A DNA stretch of 57,292 bases, taken from contig DASPLI010000001.1 in the NCBI GenBank assembly GCA_035627655.1, positions 464,217 to 521,508 of the forward strand, read 5' to 3'. Each line of letters begins with the position of its first letter. The first letter of the stretch is position 1. The notes under the pieces were generated by a model. The model saw only the letters and a list, made by a program, of their open reading frames with translations, had not been told where the DNA came from and searched no databases. Origin of the DNA: Minisyncoccota bacterium (GTDB lineage: Bacteria; Patescibacteriota; Minisyncoccia; Phycocordibacterales; Phycocordibacteraceae). Both the position numbers and the translations under genes were made by a program. Of the stretch, positions 18,293-27,524 are shown piece after piece.

Positions 18293-18353
18293 TAGCGCCT
18301 TATGCACGCGCCCGCGATAGGAAGACCGTAGCACGGGAGGGGGATAAAGGAAA

Positions 18354-18377
18354 GACCGGGAGCCGAAGCTCCCGGTC
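18354..18377 (-). terminator. Intrinsic terminator
   Basis: 10 bp perfect stem GACCGGGAGC/GCTCCCGGTC followed by TTTCCTTT on the minus strand. Confidence 0.8.
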
Positions 18378-18390
18378 CGCGACACGTCCG

Positions 18391-18486
18391 TCAGACGTTG
18401 TCGGTGCTGGTGGCGACCGCACCACCCCATCCTTCGTAGCGGATGAGTCCGGTGTCGATTCCCGCACCTTCACCAGGATTACGCAT
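18391..18486 (-). CDS. 31 aa small ORF MRNPGEGAGIDTGLIRYEGWGGAVATSTDNV
   Basis: AAGGAG 7 nt before ATG, terminator 13 nt after stop. Confidence 0.5.
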   Translation of the reverse strand: MRNPGEGAGIDTGLIRYEGWGGAVATSTDNV

Positions 18487-18546
18487 GATGCGTCTCCTTG
18501 TCTGTCGCTCCCGGGTGGAAGCGATACTGCTACCGTAGCACAAAAA

Positions 18547-18567
18547 ATCCGCTCCAGAGGAGCGGAT
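18547..18567 (-). terminator. Intrinsic terminator
   Basis: ATCCGCTCC/GGAGCGGAT stem followed by T-tract on the minus strand. Confidence 0.75.
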
Positions 18568-18647
18568 GGGCAGCGAACCGGGTGAAAGGGTTGGGACGTT
18601 GGGAGACGCGGACCCTTTCACCCGGAGGCTGGGGAGCCGGCGACTTG

Positions 18648-18689
18648 CTACGTGGAATCGAGCAAGGCGCTGGCCGACTTCGTTTTCAT
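18648..18689 (-). CDS. 13 aa micro-ORF MKTKSASALLDST
   Basis: GGAGG SD before ATG 18689; upstream TTGCAG-N16-TATATT promoter-like motif. Confidence 0.3.
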   Translation of the reverse strand: MKTKSASALLDST

Positions 18690-19129
18690 GGACGTTCCTC
18701 CATGTTCCGCCCCCGCTTTGGGAGCTGGATAGCGGGGAATATAACATCGTCACAACATCCTGCAAGTAGTTCGTGTGTATAGAAAACAAAACCGGGCGGA
18801 CATTCATGCATCTCGAAAGATGCAGAGTGTCGCCCGGCCTGGTATCGGCATGTGCCGATGCCTACTTCCCCTTATATCCGCAGCACGGGCCTACCTTTGT
18901 CGGGTTGTTCGTGCGAGTGGAATTGCTCCGGGGGAGCGCGTGCTTCACAACTTCTCATCCATATCTCCGCACAGTTGGAGATTTATGACGTGGGTGAAGC
19001 GGGAGCGCGTTTTTGTGCGACGCGTCCCTGACGGGCATGGCAACTTTTGTTTCCACACCCGCTTTCCGTATTGTCGGTGTCCGACGCTCGTCGCGCAAGC
19101 GCATAAGGTGCGTTATACTGCCTTCATCT

Positions 19130-19771
19130 ATGGTTATCACCCACCACGGCGGGCAGTGCTTCAAGGTCACCTTCGGGGACCTGACGCTTGTGTTTGATCC
19201 GATCGCCAAAGGCGGCAACCTCTCTCCGGTGCGTTTTGGCGCAGATATCGCGCTCGTGTCCCGCAATCACAAAGACATGAATGGTGTCGACGAGGTGACC
19301 TATGGCGAGAAGGTGCCATTTGCCATCACGGGTCCGGGTGAATACGAAAAGGATGGTGTCACCGTGCAGGGCTTTCTCACCAAGAGCGAATATGGATTGG
19401 GGAAGGGTGAAAAAGAAGCGATCAATACGGTCTACGCCGTGAAGCTTGAAGGTATGACGCTCGTGCATCTTGGCGCGCTATCTGAAGCGACGCTGCCGTC
19501 TGAAGCGAAGGAGGGTATTGATGAAATCGATGTGCTCTTCATTCCGGTTGGTGGCGACGGCGTCCTCGATGCTGCTGCGGCCGCAAAGCTCTCCACCATG
19601 CTTGAACCGCGCATCATCATTCCGATGCACTGGAGCGGCATCGGTACGCCCAAATCGCTCGAGGCATACCTTAAAGAAGAGGGCGGGGCGACCGATACGG
19701 TCGACAAACTAACCCTCAAGAAGAAGGATGCACTTGACAAGGATGGTGATATACTGGTGATAACACCCTAA
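19130..19771 (+). CDS. MBL-fold metallo-hydrolase-like protein
   Basis: ITHHGGQCFK, GPGEYE, LVHLG, VDVLF-like IDVLFIPVGG, IIPMHW; HxHxDH motif degenerate; start ATG 19130. Confidence 0.85.
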   Translation: MVITHHGGQCFKVTFGDLTLVFDPIAKGGNLSPVRFGADIALVSRNHKDMNGVDEVTYGEKVPFAITGPGEYEKDGVTVQGFLTKSEYGLGKGEKEAINTVYAVKLEGMTLVHLGALSEATLPSEAKEGIDEIDVLFIPVGGDGVLDAAAAAKLSTMLEPRIIIPMHWSGIGTPKSLEAYLKEEGGATDTVDKLTLKKKDALDKDGDILVITP

Positions 19772-19777
19772 CGGCTT

Positions 19778-20110
19778 ATGCAGCACCCTCGCGATTACGT
19801 CGAACACCTTCGTACCAAGCCTGTTCTTGAGCGCGATCGAATCGCCCTCATTACGGCCGCTGCAGTGACCTCTATCGTAGCGCTTGGCTACGTGGTCGCA
19901 CTTGCTTCATCTGATCGCCTCGTGCTGGATCAGGCTCCCGACACCAATCTCGCAGAAGCAACGAGCTCATCGAAAGAAAATTTCGAGAGTCTGCTTGGCG
20001 CAGCGGCAGCATTCCGCTCGACCTCTGACGGCGAGCTTACGGTCATTGAATCGTCTGCAAGTTCAACCTTCAACGAGGAGGCGAGCGAAGCGACGGTCAT
20101 TCCGTTTTAG
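19778..20110 (+). CDS. Single-TM hypothetical protein
   Basis: 110 aa, one TM helix, between MBL gene and gyrA. Confidence 0.75.
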   Translation: MQHPRDYVEHLRTKPVLERDRIALITAAAVTSIVALGYVVALASSDRLVLDQAPDTNLAEATSSSKENFESLLGAAAAFRSTSDGELTVIESSASSTFNEEASEATVIPF

Positions 20111-20120
20111 ATAGCATTTC

Positions 20121-22586
20121 ATGGCGAAGAAAAAAGAGCATAACGAGGTGCCGGAAGTTCGGGCGTCCATCATAGATCAGTCGATCACCGCCGAGATGCG
20201 CTCGTCGTATCTTGACTACGCGATGTCCGTCATCACGTCGCGCGCCTTGCCTGACGTGCGCGACGGCCTCAAGCCGGTGCACCGCCGCATTCTCTACGCC
20301 ATGGGCGAAATCGGCCTCGGCCCGTCTGCAAAGACGAAGAAGTCGGCGACCGTGGTCGGCGAAGTGCTCGGTAAGTACCATCCGCACGGCGACGTTGCCG
20401 TCTATGACGCGATGGTCAAGCTTGCGCAGGAATTCTCCACGCGCTACCCGCTCGTGATCGGCCAGGGCAACTTCGGCTCAGTCGACGGCGATCCGCCGGC
20501 AGCTATGCGCTACACGGAAGCGAAGATGTCGCGCGTTGGCGCATCCATGCTTACCGATCTTGATAAAGATACGGTTGCCTGGAACCCCAACTACGACGGT
20601 ACGCTCAAGGAGCCGACCGTCGTGCCGGCAGCGGTACCTAATCTTTTGTTGAACGGAACGCTTGGCATTGCCGTTGGTATGGCGACGAACATTCCGCCGC
20701 ACAACCTCACGGAAGTAATCGACGCCACAACGCATCTTATCGATACGCCGGACGCTTCAACGGAAGATCTCCTTGAGTTCGTGAAAGGGCCAGACTTCCC
20801 GCTTGGCGGCATCGCATTCAATCAGGCGGACATCAAGCACGCCTACGCAACCGGCAAGGGCGGCGTGGTATGCCGCGGCGTTGCAGAAATCATTGAAGAC
20901 AAGAAGGGAAGCTCGATCATCATTACGTCGATTCCATTTCGCGTAAACAAAGCCGACCTCATTACCCGCATTGCGGAGTTGGTGCGCGACAAGAAGCTTG
21001 AGGGCATCAAAGATCTGCGCGATGAGTCGGCAGAGGATATCCGCGTCGTCGTTGAACTGAAGGGCACGGCGCATCCGCAGGCGGTTCTCAACAATCTCTT
21101 TAAGTACACGGAACTTGAGTCGACCTTCCACTACAACATGCTCGCACTTGTCGATGGCGTGCCGCAAACCCTTTCACTCAAGGGCATGCTCGAGTCGTTC
21201 ATCGCGCATCGCCGCGAGGTCGTGAAGCGACGCACCGAATACGATCTTCGCAAAGCAGAAGAGCGTGAGCATATTCTCCTCGGCCTCTCCAAGGCGCTCG
21301 ATCATATCGATGAGGTGATTGCGGTTATCAAGAAGGCGAAGGATACGCCGACTGCAGACCTCGAGCTTCAGAAGAAGTTTAAGTTCTCGCCGATGCAGAC
21401 GGCGGCAATTCTTGCGATGCGCCTCTCAACGCTCTCGGGCCTCGAGCGCAAGAAAATCGAAGACGAGCTTGAGGAAATCCAGGAGCTCATCAAGAACCTC
21501 AAATGGATTCTTTCGTCCGAGAAGAACCTTATGAAGGTCGTCAAAGATGAGCTTTCAGATATCAAGGCACGCTACGGCGACGATCGCCGCACTAAGATCG
21601 TGAAGGGCGGCGTGAAGAATATTTCCGTCGAAGATCTCGTGCCGGATGAGGAAAGCGTGCTTGTGATTACCGCTGGCGGCTACGTGAAGCGCACGAATCC
21701 ATCCGAGTACAAGGCACAAAAGCGCGGCGGTGTCGGTGTGATCGATATTTCAACCAAGGAAGAAGACGTCGTGACACATTTCTTGAATGCGTCTGCGCAT
21801 GCCGAACTCCTCTTCTTTACCGACTACGGCAAGGCATACCAGACAAAGATGTACGAAATTCCGGAAGGTAAGCGCGCAACCAAGGGTAAGTCCATCATGA
21901 ACTTCCTCCCGCTTGCGCAGGATGAGAAGGTGACTTCCGTACTCGCCGTTCCAAAGGGTGCTGCTCGTGATGCGCTCTCCGTATTCTTCGTCACCGAAGA
22001 GGGTGTCGTAAAGAAAGTGGAGGCGAAGAATTTCGCTGACGTGCGCCGATCGGGCATCATCGCCATCAACCTTAAGGGGAACGATAAGCTTGTCTCTGCG
22101 CATCTTGCTGGCGAGGGCGATTCCATTTCTATCGTGACTGCGAAAGGTCAGTCCATTCGATTTGATGCGGAAGACGTGCGCGCCATGGGTCGCACGGCAG
22201 CTGGCGTGCGCGGCATGAGTGTGAAGAAGGGCGATCGCGTCGTGTCTGCGGAAGTCGTTTCCGGAAGCGACAAGGGCGCCTGCTTGCTCGTGATTATGGC
22301 AAACGGCTACGGCAAGAAGACCGAACTTTCCGAGTACAAGGTGCAGGGTCGCGGCGGCTCCGGCATCAAGACGGCTGAAGTAACCGCGAAGACCGGCGAG
22401 ATTATCGGCGCAAAGGTGCTCACCGGCCAGGAGGACGCAGAGCAAGAAATTGTCGTCATCTCCAAGAAGGGGCAGGTAATTCGCTGCAAGGCAGCAGAGA
22501 TTCCGTCTCTCTCGCGTGCAACGCAGGGCGTGCGCATTATGAAGATGCGCGAAGGCGATTCGATCGCGTCGATGGTCGCGCTCTAG
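20121..22586 (+). CDS. gyrA: DNA gyrase subunit A
   Basis: [15 protein letters not shown], catalytic AAMRYTE, GyrA-box QKRGGVG, C-terminal pinwheel repeats. Confidence 0.98.
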   Translation: MAKKKEHNEVPEVRASIIDQSITAEMRSSYLDYAMSVITSRALPDVRDGLKPVHRRILYAMGEIGLGPSAKTKKSATVVGEVLGKYHPHGDVAVYDAMVKLAQEFSTRYPLVIGQGNFGSVDGDPPAAMRYTEAKMSRVGASMLTDLDKDTVAWNPNYDGTLKEPTVVPAAVPNLLLNGTLGIAVGMATNIPPHNLTEVIDATTHLIDTPDASTEDLLEFVKGPDFPLGGIAFNQADIKHAYATGKGGVVCRGVAEIIEDKKGSSIIITSIPFRVNKADLITRIAELVRDKKLEGIKDLRDESAEDIRVVVELKGTAHPQAVLNNLFKYTELESTFHYNMLALVDGVPQTLSLKGMLESFIAHRREVVKRRTEYDLRKAEEREHILLGLSKALDHIDEVIAVIKKAKDTPTADLELQKKFKFSPMQTAAILAMRLSTLSGLERKKIEDELEEIQELIKNLKWILSSEKNLMKVVKDELSDIKARYGDDRRTKIVKGGVKNISVEDLVPDEESVLVITAGGYVKRTNPSEYKAQKRGGVGVIDISTKEEDVVTHFLNASAHAELLFFTDYGKAYQTKMYEIPEGKRATKGKSIMNFLPLAQDEKVTSVLAVPKGAARDALSVFFVTEEGVVKKVEAKNFADVRRSGIIAINLKGNDKLVSAHLAGEGDSISIVTAKGQSIRFDAEDVRAMGRTAAGVRGMSVKKGDRVVSAEVVSGSDKGACLLVIMANGYGKKTELSEYKVQGRGGSGIKTAEVTAKTGEIIGAKVLTGQEDAEQEIVVISKKGQVIRCKAAEIPSLSRATQGVRIMKMREGDSIASMVAL

Positions 22587-22590
22587 AGAT

Positions 22591-22854
22591 ATGTGGACTA
22601 AAAAGATTCTCCGCATTCTTGCTATCACTATTGGCGTCCTCCTCATTCCGCTTGTCGCAATGCAGTTTACAGAAGAAGTGAACTGGGGTTTGGCGGATTT
22701 CGGGACTATTGGTGTACTCATTTTCGTAGCCGGCCTCACGTATGAGCTGATCACAGCAAAGATGCAGAAGGCTATGCACCGCATGATGGTTGCCGCTGCC
22801 GTCCTGTTTGCCGTTCTTCTTATCTGGGCACATCTTGCTGTCGGGATTTTTTAG
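22591..22854 (+). CDS. Small membrane protein
   Basis: Three hydrophobic helices, 87 aa. Confidence 0.75.
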   Translation: MWTKKILRILAITIGVLLIPLVAMQFTEEVNWGLADFGTIGVLIFVAGLTYELITAKMQKAMHRMMVAAAVLFAVLLIWAHLAVGIF

Positions 22855-22904
22855 CTGTCAGACCGTGCTATAGTCGCTACGGTTCGATTCCGTAGGAGGT
22901 ATCA

Positions 22905-23102
22905 ATGATCCGTCCGGTCACGCGCTACTGCGTGTACTGCAAGAAGACCCACGCTATGAGTGACGCTCGAGGACCGCAGAACTGCGATCCCGTTCTCGAT
23001 CTCGACGATCCGCTTATGCAGATCAAGCTTCGGACAAAGATTCCGGAGGAGCTTGTCTCGCGCGGCAGATCGCCTCGGCGTCGGCCTCCCAAGATTAAGT
23101 AA
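22905..23102 (+). CDS. Small Cys-containing hypothetical protein
   Basis: AGGAGG SD, CVYC...H...C, terminator 23108-23138. Confidence 0.65.
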   Translation: MIRPVTRYCVYCKKTHAMSDARGPQNCDPVLDLDDPLMQIKLRTKIPEELVSRGRSPRRRPPKIK

Positions 23103-23143
23103 AAGAAAAAACCGCAGAAGAATGTCTCTTCTGCGGTTTCTTG

Positions 23144-23632
23144 TTAGCCAATGAGGTCGTAGGCGTGATTCAGCACGAATCGGTGTCCTTCAGGCAATCG
23201 GAAGGTTTCAAATTCCTCCCGTGTCAGCCATACCGCCTCGTGTTTCGCATTCTCTTCGCCAGCCACCTGATCTTGCTCGGAATCGACAAGCTCGAACAGG
23301 AAACACCGGAAATGCGCGAAGCGGTTTACCCCTTTGGGATGGTGGAAGAACTTCGAGTGGTAGCGGGGCAGTTCTGCAACAAGGCGCAGGTTCTTATACC
23401 CGGTCTCCTCGCGGATTTCTGCACGCGCCGCCTCTTCTGCGCTTTGCCCTTCCTCCACGCCGCCAGTGACGAGCGTCTCCCAATCGACGGTCTTCCACTT
23501 GAGGCCAAGAATCCTGCCGTTCTGCGGATTACGAACGACGGCGGTTATTGCGTCTCGTTCAACAAACGGAAGATCGGGACGTACGGCGTTCATGCCAGTA
23601 TCGACGAAGAGCGGTTCCGATGCGGTATCCAT
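23144..23632 (-). CDS. NUDIX hydrolase
   Basis: GGVEEGQSAEEAARAEIREETGY Nudix box. Confidence 0.9.
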   Translation of the reverse strand: MDTASEPLFVDTGMNAVRPDLPFVERDAITAVVRNPQNGRILGLKWKTVDWETLVTGGVEEGQSAEEAARAEIREETGYKNLRLVAELPRYHSKFFHHPKGVNRFAHFRCFLFELVDSEQDQVAGEENAKHEAVWLTREEFETFRLPEGHRFVLNHAYDLIG

Positions 23633-23702
23633 AGTGTCCTCTTATTCTATATCCAATGCGATTTACGCATACCTCTGCGCGAAGAGCAATATGACAAACA
23701 AA

Positions 23703-23870
23703 GAGGCCGATGCGTGTGACGCATCGGCCTCGTGAGAATGAGAGGAATACCTCCTTCGCGTGGGATTCCTATGGTGAGGGGTACCCACACTAGGCTCAGA
23801 TCTAGGGTCTGCAGGCGGACACGTTCCTATTAGTCCGGGTCTTTCAACCACCTAGTCTCTCTCGTTCCCT
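23703..23870 (-). ncRNA. Candidate structured ncRNA with terminator (6S-like?)
   Basis: GGGAACGAGAG pairs with CTCTCATTCTC (10 of 11) closing about 135 nt; followed by 13 bp hairpin 23703-23731 and T-rich tract; no credible ORF. Confidence 0.35.
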
Positions 23871-23960
23871 GGAACGTCTGGCGCATAACGTAGCAAGCGG
23901 TAGTGCGAAGGTCAAGACATCTGTTGAATACATCAGTTATACGAGAGGCGGCATGCTATT

Positions 23961-24500
23961 TTGAGACTAATGTCGTTTGCAAAACCGTTAGACAACGTGC
24001 TGCAGATGGGGCTGCGGGAGGGCATGCAGGTTGGAGATATCGGGACGGGATCCGGACACTATGCGCTTGCTGCGGCGAACATCGTCGGCGAAGCGGGGCA
24101 TGTCTACGCGTTTGATATTCAGGAAGACGTGCTTGCACGCCTCCGGAGTGACGCCAAGCAGCGTGGTGTCGAGAATATCGAGACGGTCTGGGGCGATATA
24201 GAAAAAGAACACGGCACGCTGGTTGCCGATCGCTCTCTTGATGCGGTCATTCTTTCCAATACGTTGTTTCAGCTTGAGAAGAAGGAGGTAGCGCTTCAGG
24301 AAGTAAAGCGCATCTTGAAGCCGAAAGGAAAGTTGCTGGTCGTTGACTGGGCTGGTAGCTACAGTGGCATGGGTCCCAAAGAAGAACATGTCGTTCCTGA
24401 GCAGGAGGCAGAGCGCATGCTCATTGCTGCAGGCTTCCACAAGATGAAAGCGTTTCGCGGCGGACCGCACCATTATGCGCTTCTCTTTGCGGCACCATAG
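23961..24500 (+). CDS. Class I SAM-dependent methyltransferase
   Basis: VGDIGTGSGH motif I, LLVVDW. Confidence 0.9.
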   Translation: MRLMSFAKPLDNVLQMGLREGMQVGDIGTGSGHYALAAANIVGEAGHVYAFDIQEDVLARLRSDAKQRGVENIETVWGDIEKEHGTLVADRSLDAVILSNTLFQLEKKEVALQEVKRILKPKGKLLVVDWAGSYSGMGPKEEHVVPEQEAERMLIAAGFHKMKAFRGGPHHYALLFAAP

Positions 24501-24514
24501 TACACTAGTGGTAT

Positions 24515-25816
24515 ATGGATAAATTCCACCCCTTCCAGATCATTCTCATCGTCGTCTTCGCGTTTCTCGCGCTCTTCGGCATCTTTTCATTCGCCTCCTT
24601 CAATGGCGGCGTCTCGAGTTCTGGGAATGCAGGTGAGGTTCTGATTTGGGGTACGCTCCCGCAAGAAGCGATTCAAACGGGCATAGATGAGATTCGCGCC
24701 GGGAGCGATAAATACAGCGATGTCTCCTACGAAGAGCATCCGGCTGAGACCTTTGACCGCGACCTCGCTGACGCGATTGCGGCAGGAGGTGGTCCGGACA
24801 TGATCATCCTTTCGCAAGAGGATCTGTTCGCAAATCGCGCGAAGCTCACACTCTTGCCGCCGTCGGTCATTTCGGAGCGAACCTACATCGATTCTTACCT
24901 CTCAATTTTCGAACTCTTTCTGACTGATGGTGGCGTGTACGGCGTGCCGCTTGCAGTTGATCCGATGGTGCTGTTTTACAATCGCCAGATCCTCGCCTCC
25001 GCAGGAGCGGCAACCCCGCCGGCAACCTGGGAGGCAGTGACCGGCCTTGCAAAGCCGATCGTGCGTCGAACGCCCGATGGATCCATCTCAGAGGCGGTCA
25101 TCCCGTTTGGTGAATACACGAATGTTCGCAACGCGCGCGGTATCATCTCGCTCCTGTTTTTGCAGGCAGGCAGTCCGATTACCATTCAAGAAAAGGAAGA
25201 AGTTAAGTCCGTTCTTACGGATACTGCCGGTGCGTTTGGGCAGACGGCAGCGCAATCCGCGCTCAACTTCTACACGCAGTTTGCAGATCCGGCGAAAGCT
25301 GTTTACTCCTGGAACCGCTCGCTTCCGGACTCCCGAAGTCTCTTTATTGCTGGCGACCTCGCACTCTATCCTGGATTTTCGTCTGAGCTCCCGTATCTTC
25401 TTGCGGCAAATCCGAATCTCGACATAGACGTCGCCCCAATTCCGCAGCCAGGAACTGCGACGGTACGGACCACGTATGGCCTTGCGTACGCGTTCGCTGT
25501 TCCAAAGGCTTCCAAGAACCCCAATGGCGCACTGCAGACTGCTTATGCGCTTACTGCAGAGATGCCGATGACCGCGATCACCAGCGAGCTTTCTATGGTG
25601 CCGGCTCGCCGTTCGCTCGTGGGCAAGGGAAGTGATGACCGGTATGCCGCCGTATCCTATGCAGACGCGCTGGTTGCCAAGGGGTGGTTATCCCCCGGTC
25701 CGGCTGCCACTGATGTGGTGTTCTCCGCTATGATTGGAAATATAACCAGCGGACGAATGGATTCACTTGAAGCCCTACATAACGCCGGAGAATCACTCAA
25801 TGAAACGCTTCGCTAG
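24515..25816 (+). CDS. Extracellular solute-binding protein (carbohydrate-binding family 1-like), membrane-anchored
   Basis: GGPDMI, YGVPLAVDPMVLFYNRQIL, PATWE, FIAGDLA motifs. Confidence 0.85.
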   Translation: MDKFHPFQIILIVVFAFLALFGIFSFASFNGGVSSSGNAGEVLIWGTLPQEAIQTGIDEIRAGSDKYSDVSYEEHPAETFDRDLADAIAAGGGPDMIILSQEDLFANRAKLTLLPPSVISERTYIDSYLSIFELFLTDGGVYGVPLAVDPMVLFYNRQILASAGAATPPATWEAVTGLAKPIVRRTPDGSISEAVIPFGEYTNVRNARGIISLLFLQAGSPITIQEKEEVKSVLTDTAGAFGQTAAQSALNFYTQFADPAKAVYSWNRSLPDSRSLFIAGDLALYPGFSSELPYLLAANPNLDIDVAPIPQPGTATVRTTYGLAYAFAVPKASKNPNGALQTAYALTAEMPMTAITSELSMVPARRSLVGKGSDDRYAAVSYADALVAKGWLSPGPAATDVVFSAMIGNITSGRMDSLEALHNAGESLNETLR

Positions 25817-26129
25817 CTCACTCATCGCCCTCATCGGTCTGACGCCGCTTCTTGCACGCGCGCAGGAAGGCGTATTGGTAAACCCGCTTCGCGCCGACTC
25901 ACTTCCTGAACTCATTGCCGTTATTTTAGGTGCTGTGGTCGAAATTGGCTCCATCGCGCTTGTACTTGCACTTGTCTGGGTTGGATTCCGGTTCGTGCGC
26001 GCGCAAGGCAACGACACCGAACTCAAGAATGCGCGCGAAGCGCTTATGTGGACGGTGGTCGGCGGTTTGATCCTGCTTGGATCCGCTGTCATCTCGGAAG
26101 TGGTACAGCGTACGGTTGAACAGCTATGA
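25800..26129 (+). CDS. TrbC/VirB2-like pilin 1
   Basis: Signal peptide, NPL, two TM helices with charged AQGNDTELKNAR loop. Confidence 0.75.
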   Translation: MKRFASSLIALIGLTPLLARAQEGVLVNPLRADSLPELIAVILGAVVEIGSIALVLALVWVGFRFVRAQGNDTELKNAREALMWTVVGGLILLGSAVISEVVQRTVEQL

Positions 26130-26365
26130 CGTTTGCAGACGTTGTCGAGCGGGGAATTCTACCCATTGTCGACGGGCTTATCGTCCCGCTTCTCTACGCG
26201 CTTGCCTTTATTTTCTTCTTGATCGGCATCGTGCGACTCCTGTTCTCCCAGAGCGAAACGGAGCGTTCCAAAGGGCGTGATTTCGCGCTGTGGTCCGTTA
26301 TCGGATTTGCCGTTATCTTTTCGGTCTGGGGACTGGTGCGCGTCCTGCTATCCATCATTGCCTAA
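26126..26365 (+). CDS. VirB2-like pilin 2
   Basis: Two TM helices, loop ERSKGR..ALWSVIG. Confidence 0.7.
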   Translation: MTFADVVERGILPIVDGLIVPLLYALAFIFFLIGIVRLLFSQSETERSKGRDFALWSVIGFAVIFSVWGLVRVLLSIIA

Positions 26366-26368
26366 CCT

Positions 26369-26785
26369 ATGACTTTCGTTGATCTCCTGCTTATCGTCTT
26401 CCGAATCCTCAACGGGATCGTGGTCCCGCTCATCTTCCTCGTCGCATTCGTCATTTTTATTGTTGGTGTCGCGCAGTTTTTCTTCTCGCATAACGAAGAG
26501 ACGCGCAAGAAAGGCCGCAACTTTGCGCTCTCCGGCGTCATCGGCTTTTTTCTCATGATTGCTATTTGGGGCATCGTGCAGCTCATCGTAAACACGTTTG
26601 GCTTCAATCAGCCGAATCTTCGACCGCCCTATTTTGGCGGCGGAAGCTCTTTTGAGAGCGGGAGCCAGTTTAATTTGTTTCCAGGAGGGAGTGACAACAA
26701 CTCCAGTACCAACAATGGAACTATCTTTCCGGGTGGTGGTGGCGGAGGGCGGAACGGCTCTGGCTTTGACGCTAATTCGGACTAG
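26369..26785 (+). CDS. VirB2-like pilin 3 with Gly/Asn/Ser-rich C-terminal tail
   Basis: Two TM helices, loop ETRKKGR..ALSGVIG; low-complexity tail. Confidence 0.7.
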   Translation: MTFVDLLLIVFRILNGIVVPLIFLVAFVIFIVGVAQFFFSHNEETRKKGRNFALSGVIGFFLMIAIWGIVQLIVNTFGFNQPNLRPPYFGGGSSFESGSQFNLFPGGSDNNSSTNNGTIFPGGGGGGRNGSGFDANSD

Positions 26786-26869
26786 GTTGTTTTCCACACA
26801 GGTTTCCAAGCCGTATTGACGATCCGTTGTGGCGTCTTATCCTATACAGGTAGCTACTAATCGTATCTC

Positions 26870-27220
26870 ATGAAAAAATTCATTCCGTTTGCTGCTGCGT
26901 CTGCCTGGGCACTTCCGCTTCTTGCGCTTGCGCAGGTGAACAGCATCTTTAGCGCTGCTGAGGTGATCACCCGCATCATCAACGGCGTCGTGATTCCGCT
27001 TGTGTTCGCAGTCGCGTTCATCGTGTTTATTGTCGGTGTGGTTCGTTACTTCATTGCCAACGAGGGCGATGATCGCAAGAACGCACGCAGCCTCATGATT
27101 TACGGCATCCTCGGTTTCTTCGTCATGGTTGCTGTCTGGGGTCTCGTCAACATTCTCCTTGGAACGTTCAATCTCAACCAGAACACTCCAAACCTTCCGT
27201 CGGCACCAGGCCCTCGCTAG
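26870..27220 (+). CDS. VirB2-like pilin 4
   Basis: Signal peptide ALA-Q, two TM helices, loop DRKNAR.LMIYGILG. Confidence 0.75.
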   Translation: MKKFIPFAAASAWALPLLALAQVNSIFSAAEVITRIINGVVIPLVFAVAFIVFIVGVVRYFIANEGDDRKNARSLMIYGILGFFVMVAVWGLVNILLGTFNLNQNTPNLPSAPGPR

Positions 27221-27291
27221 CGAGATACGTGTGCGTGCAAAGCCCGGGGATTCCCGGGCTTTGTCGTTAGAAGGAGTGCTACACTTTTCCT

Positions 27292-27522
27292 ATGTCTCTT
27301 GGTGCACTTGCTTCCTATTTCGTGTTCCAGCTCCTGATTCCGCTTATCTTTACCGTCATCGTTGTGACGTTCATTTGGGGCGTCTTCCTCCACTTCACGG
27401 CCGGTGCAGACGGCGAGCTTGGCGAGAAGGGGAAGGTCTTTATGGTCTGGGGGCTTGTAGCACTGGTGATTATCTTCCTGTTGTGGTGGGCGTTGCGCTC
27501 GTTGGCGGATGTTACACTGTAG
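27292..27522 (+). CDS. VirB2-like pilin 5
   Basis: Two TM helices, loop EKGKVFMVWGLV. Confidence 0.65.
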   Translation: MSLGALASYFVFQLLIPLIFTVIVVTFIWGVFLHFTAGADGELGEKGKVFMVWGLVALVIIFLLWWALRSLADVTL

Positions 27523-27524
27523 CC

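Noticed and set aside
18454-18475. tRNA/tmRNA-like 3' end GTCGATTCCCGCACCTTCACCA
   Set aside because: T-stem does not pair, acceptor arm is one base short, no matching 5' half; it is the antisense of the 31 aa ORF
18391-18807. 138 aa ORF as a single gene
   Set aside because: Reads through two strong hairpins and a terminator; the only SD supports the last 31 codons
23743-23756. Resemblance to the 16S rRNA 3' end (ACCTCCTT)
   Set aside because: No flanking rRNA sequence
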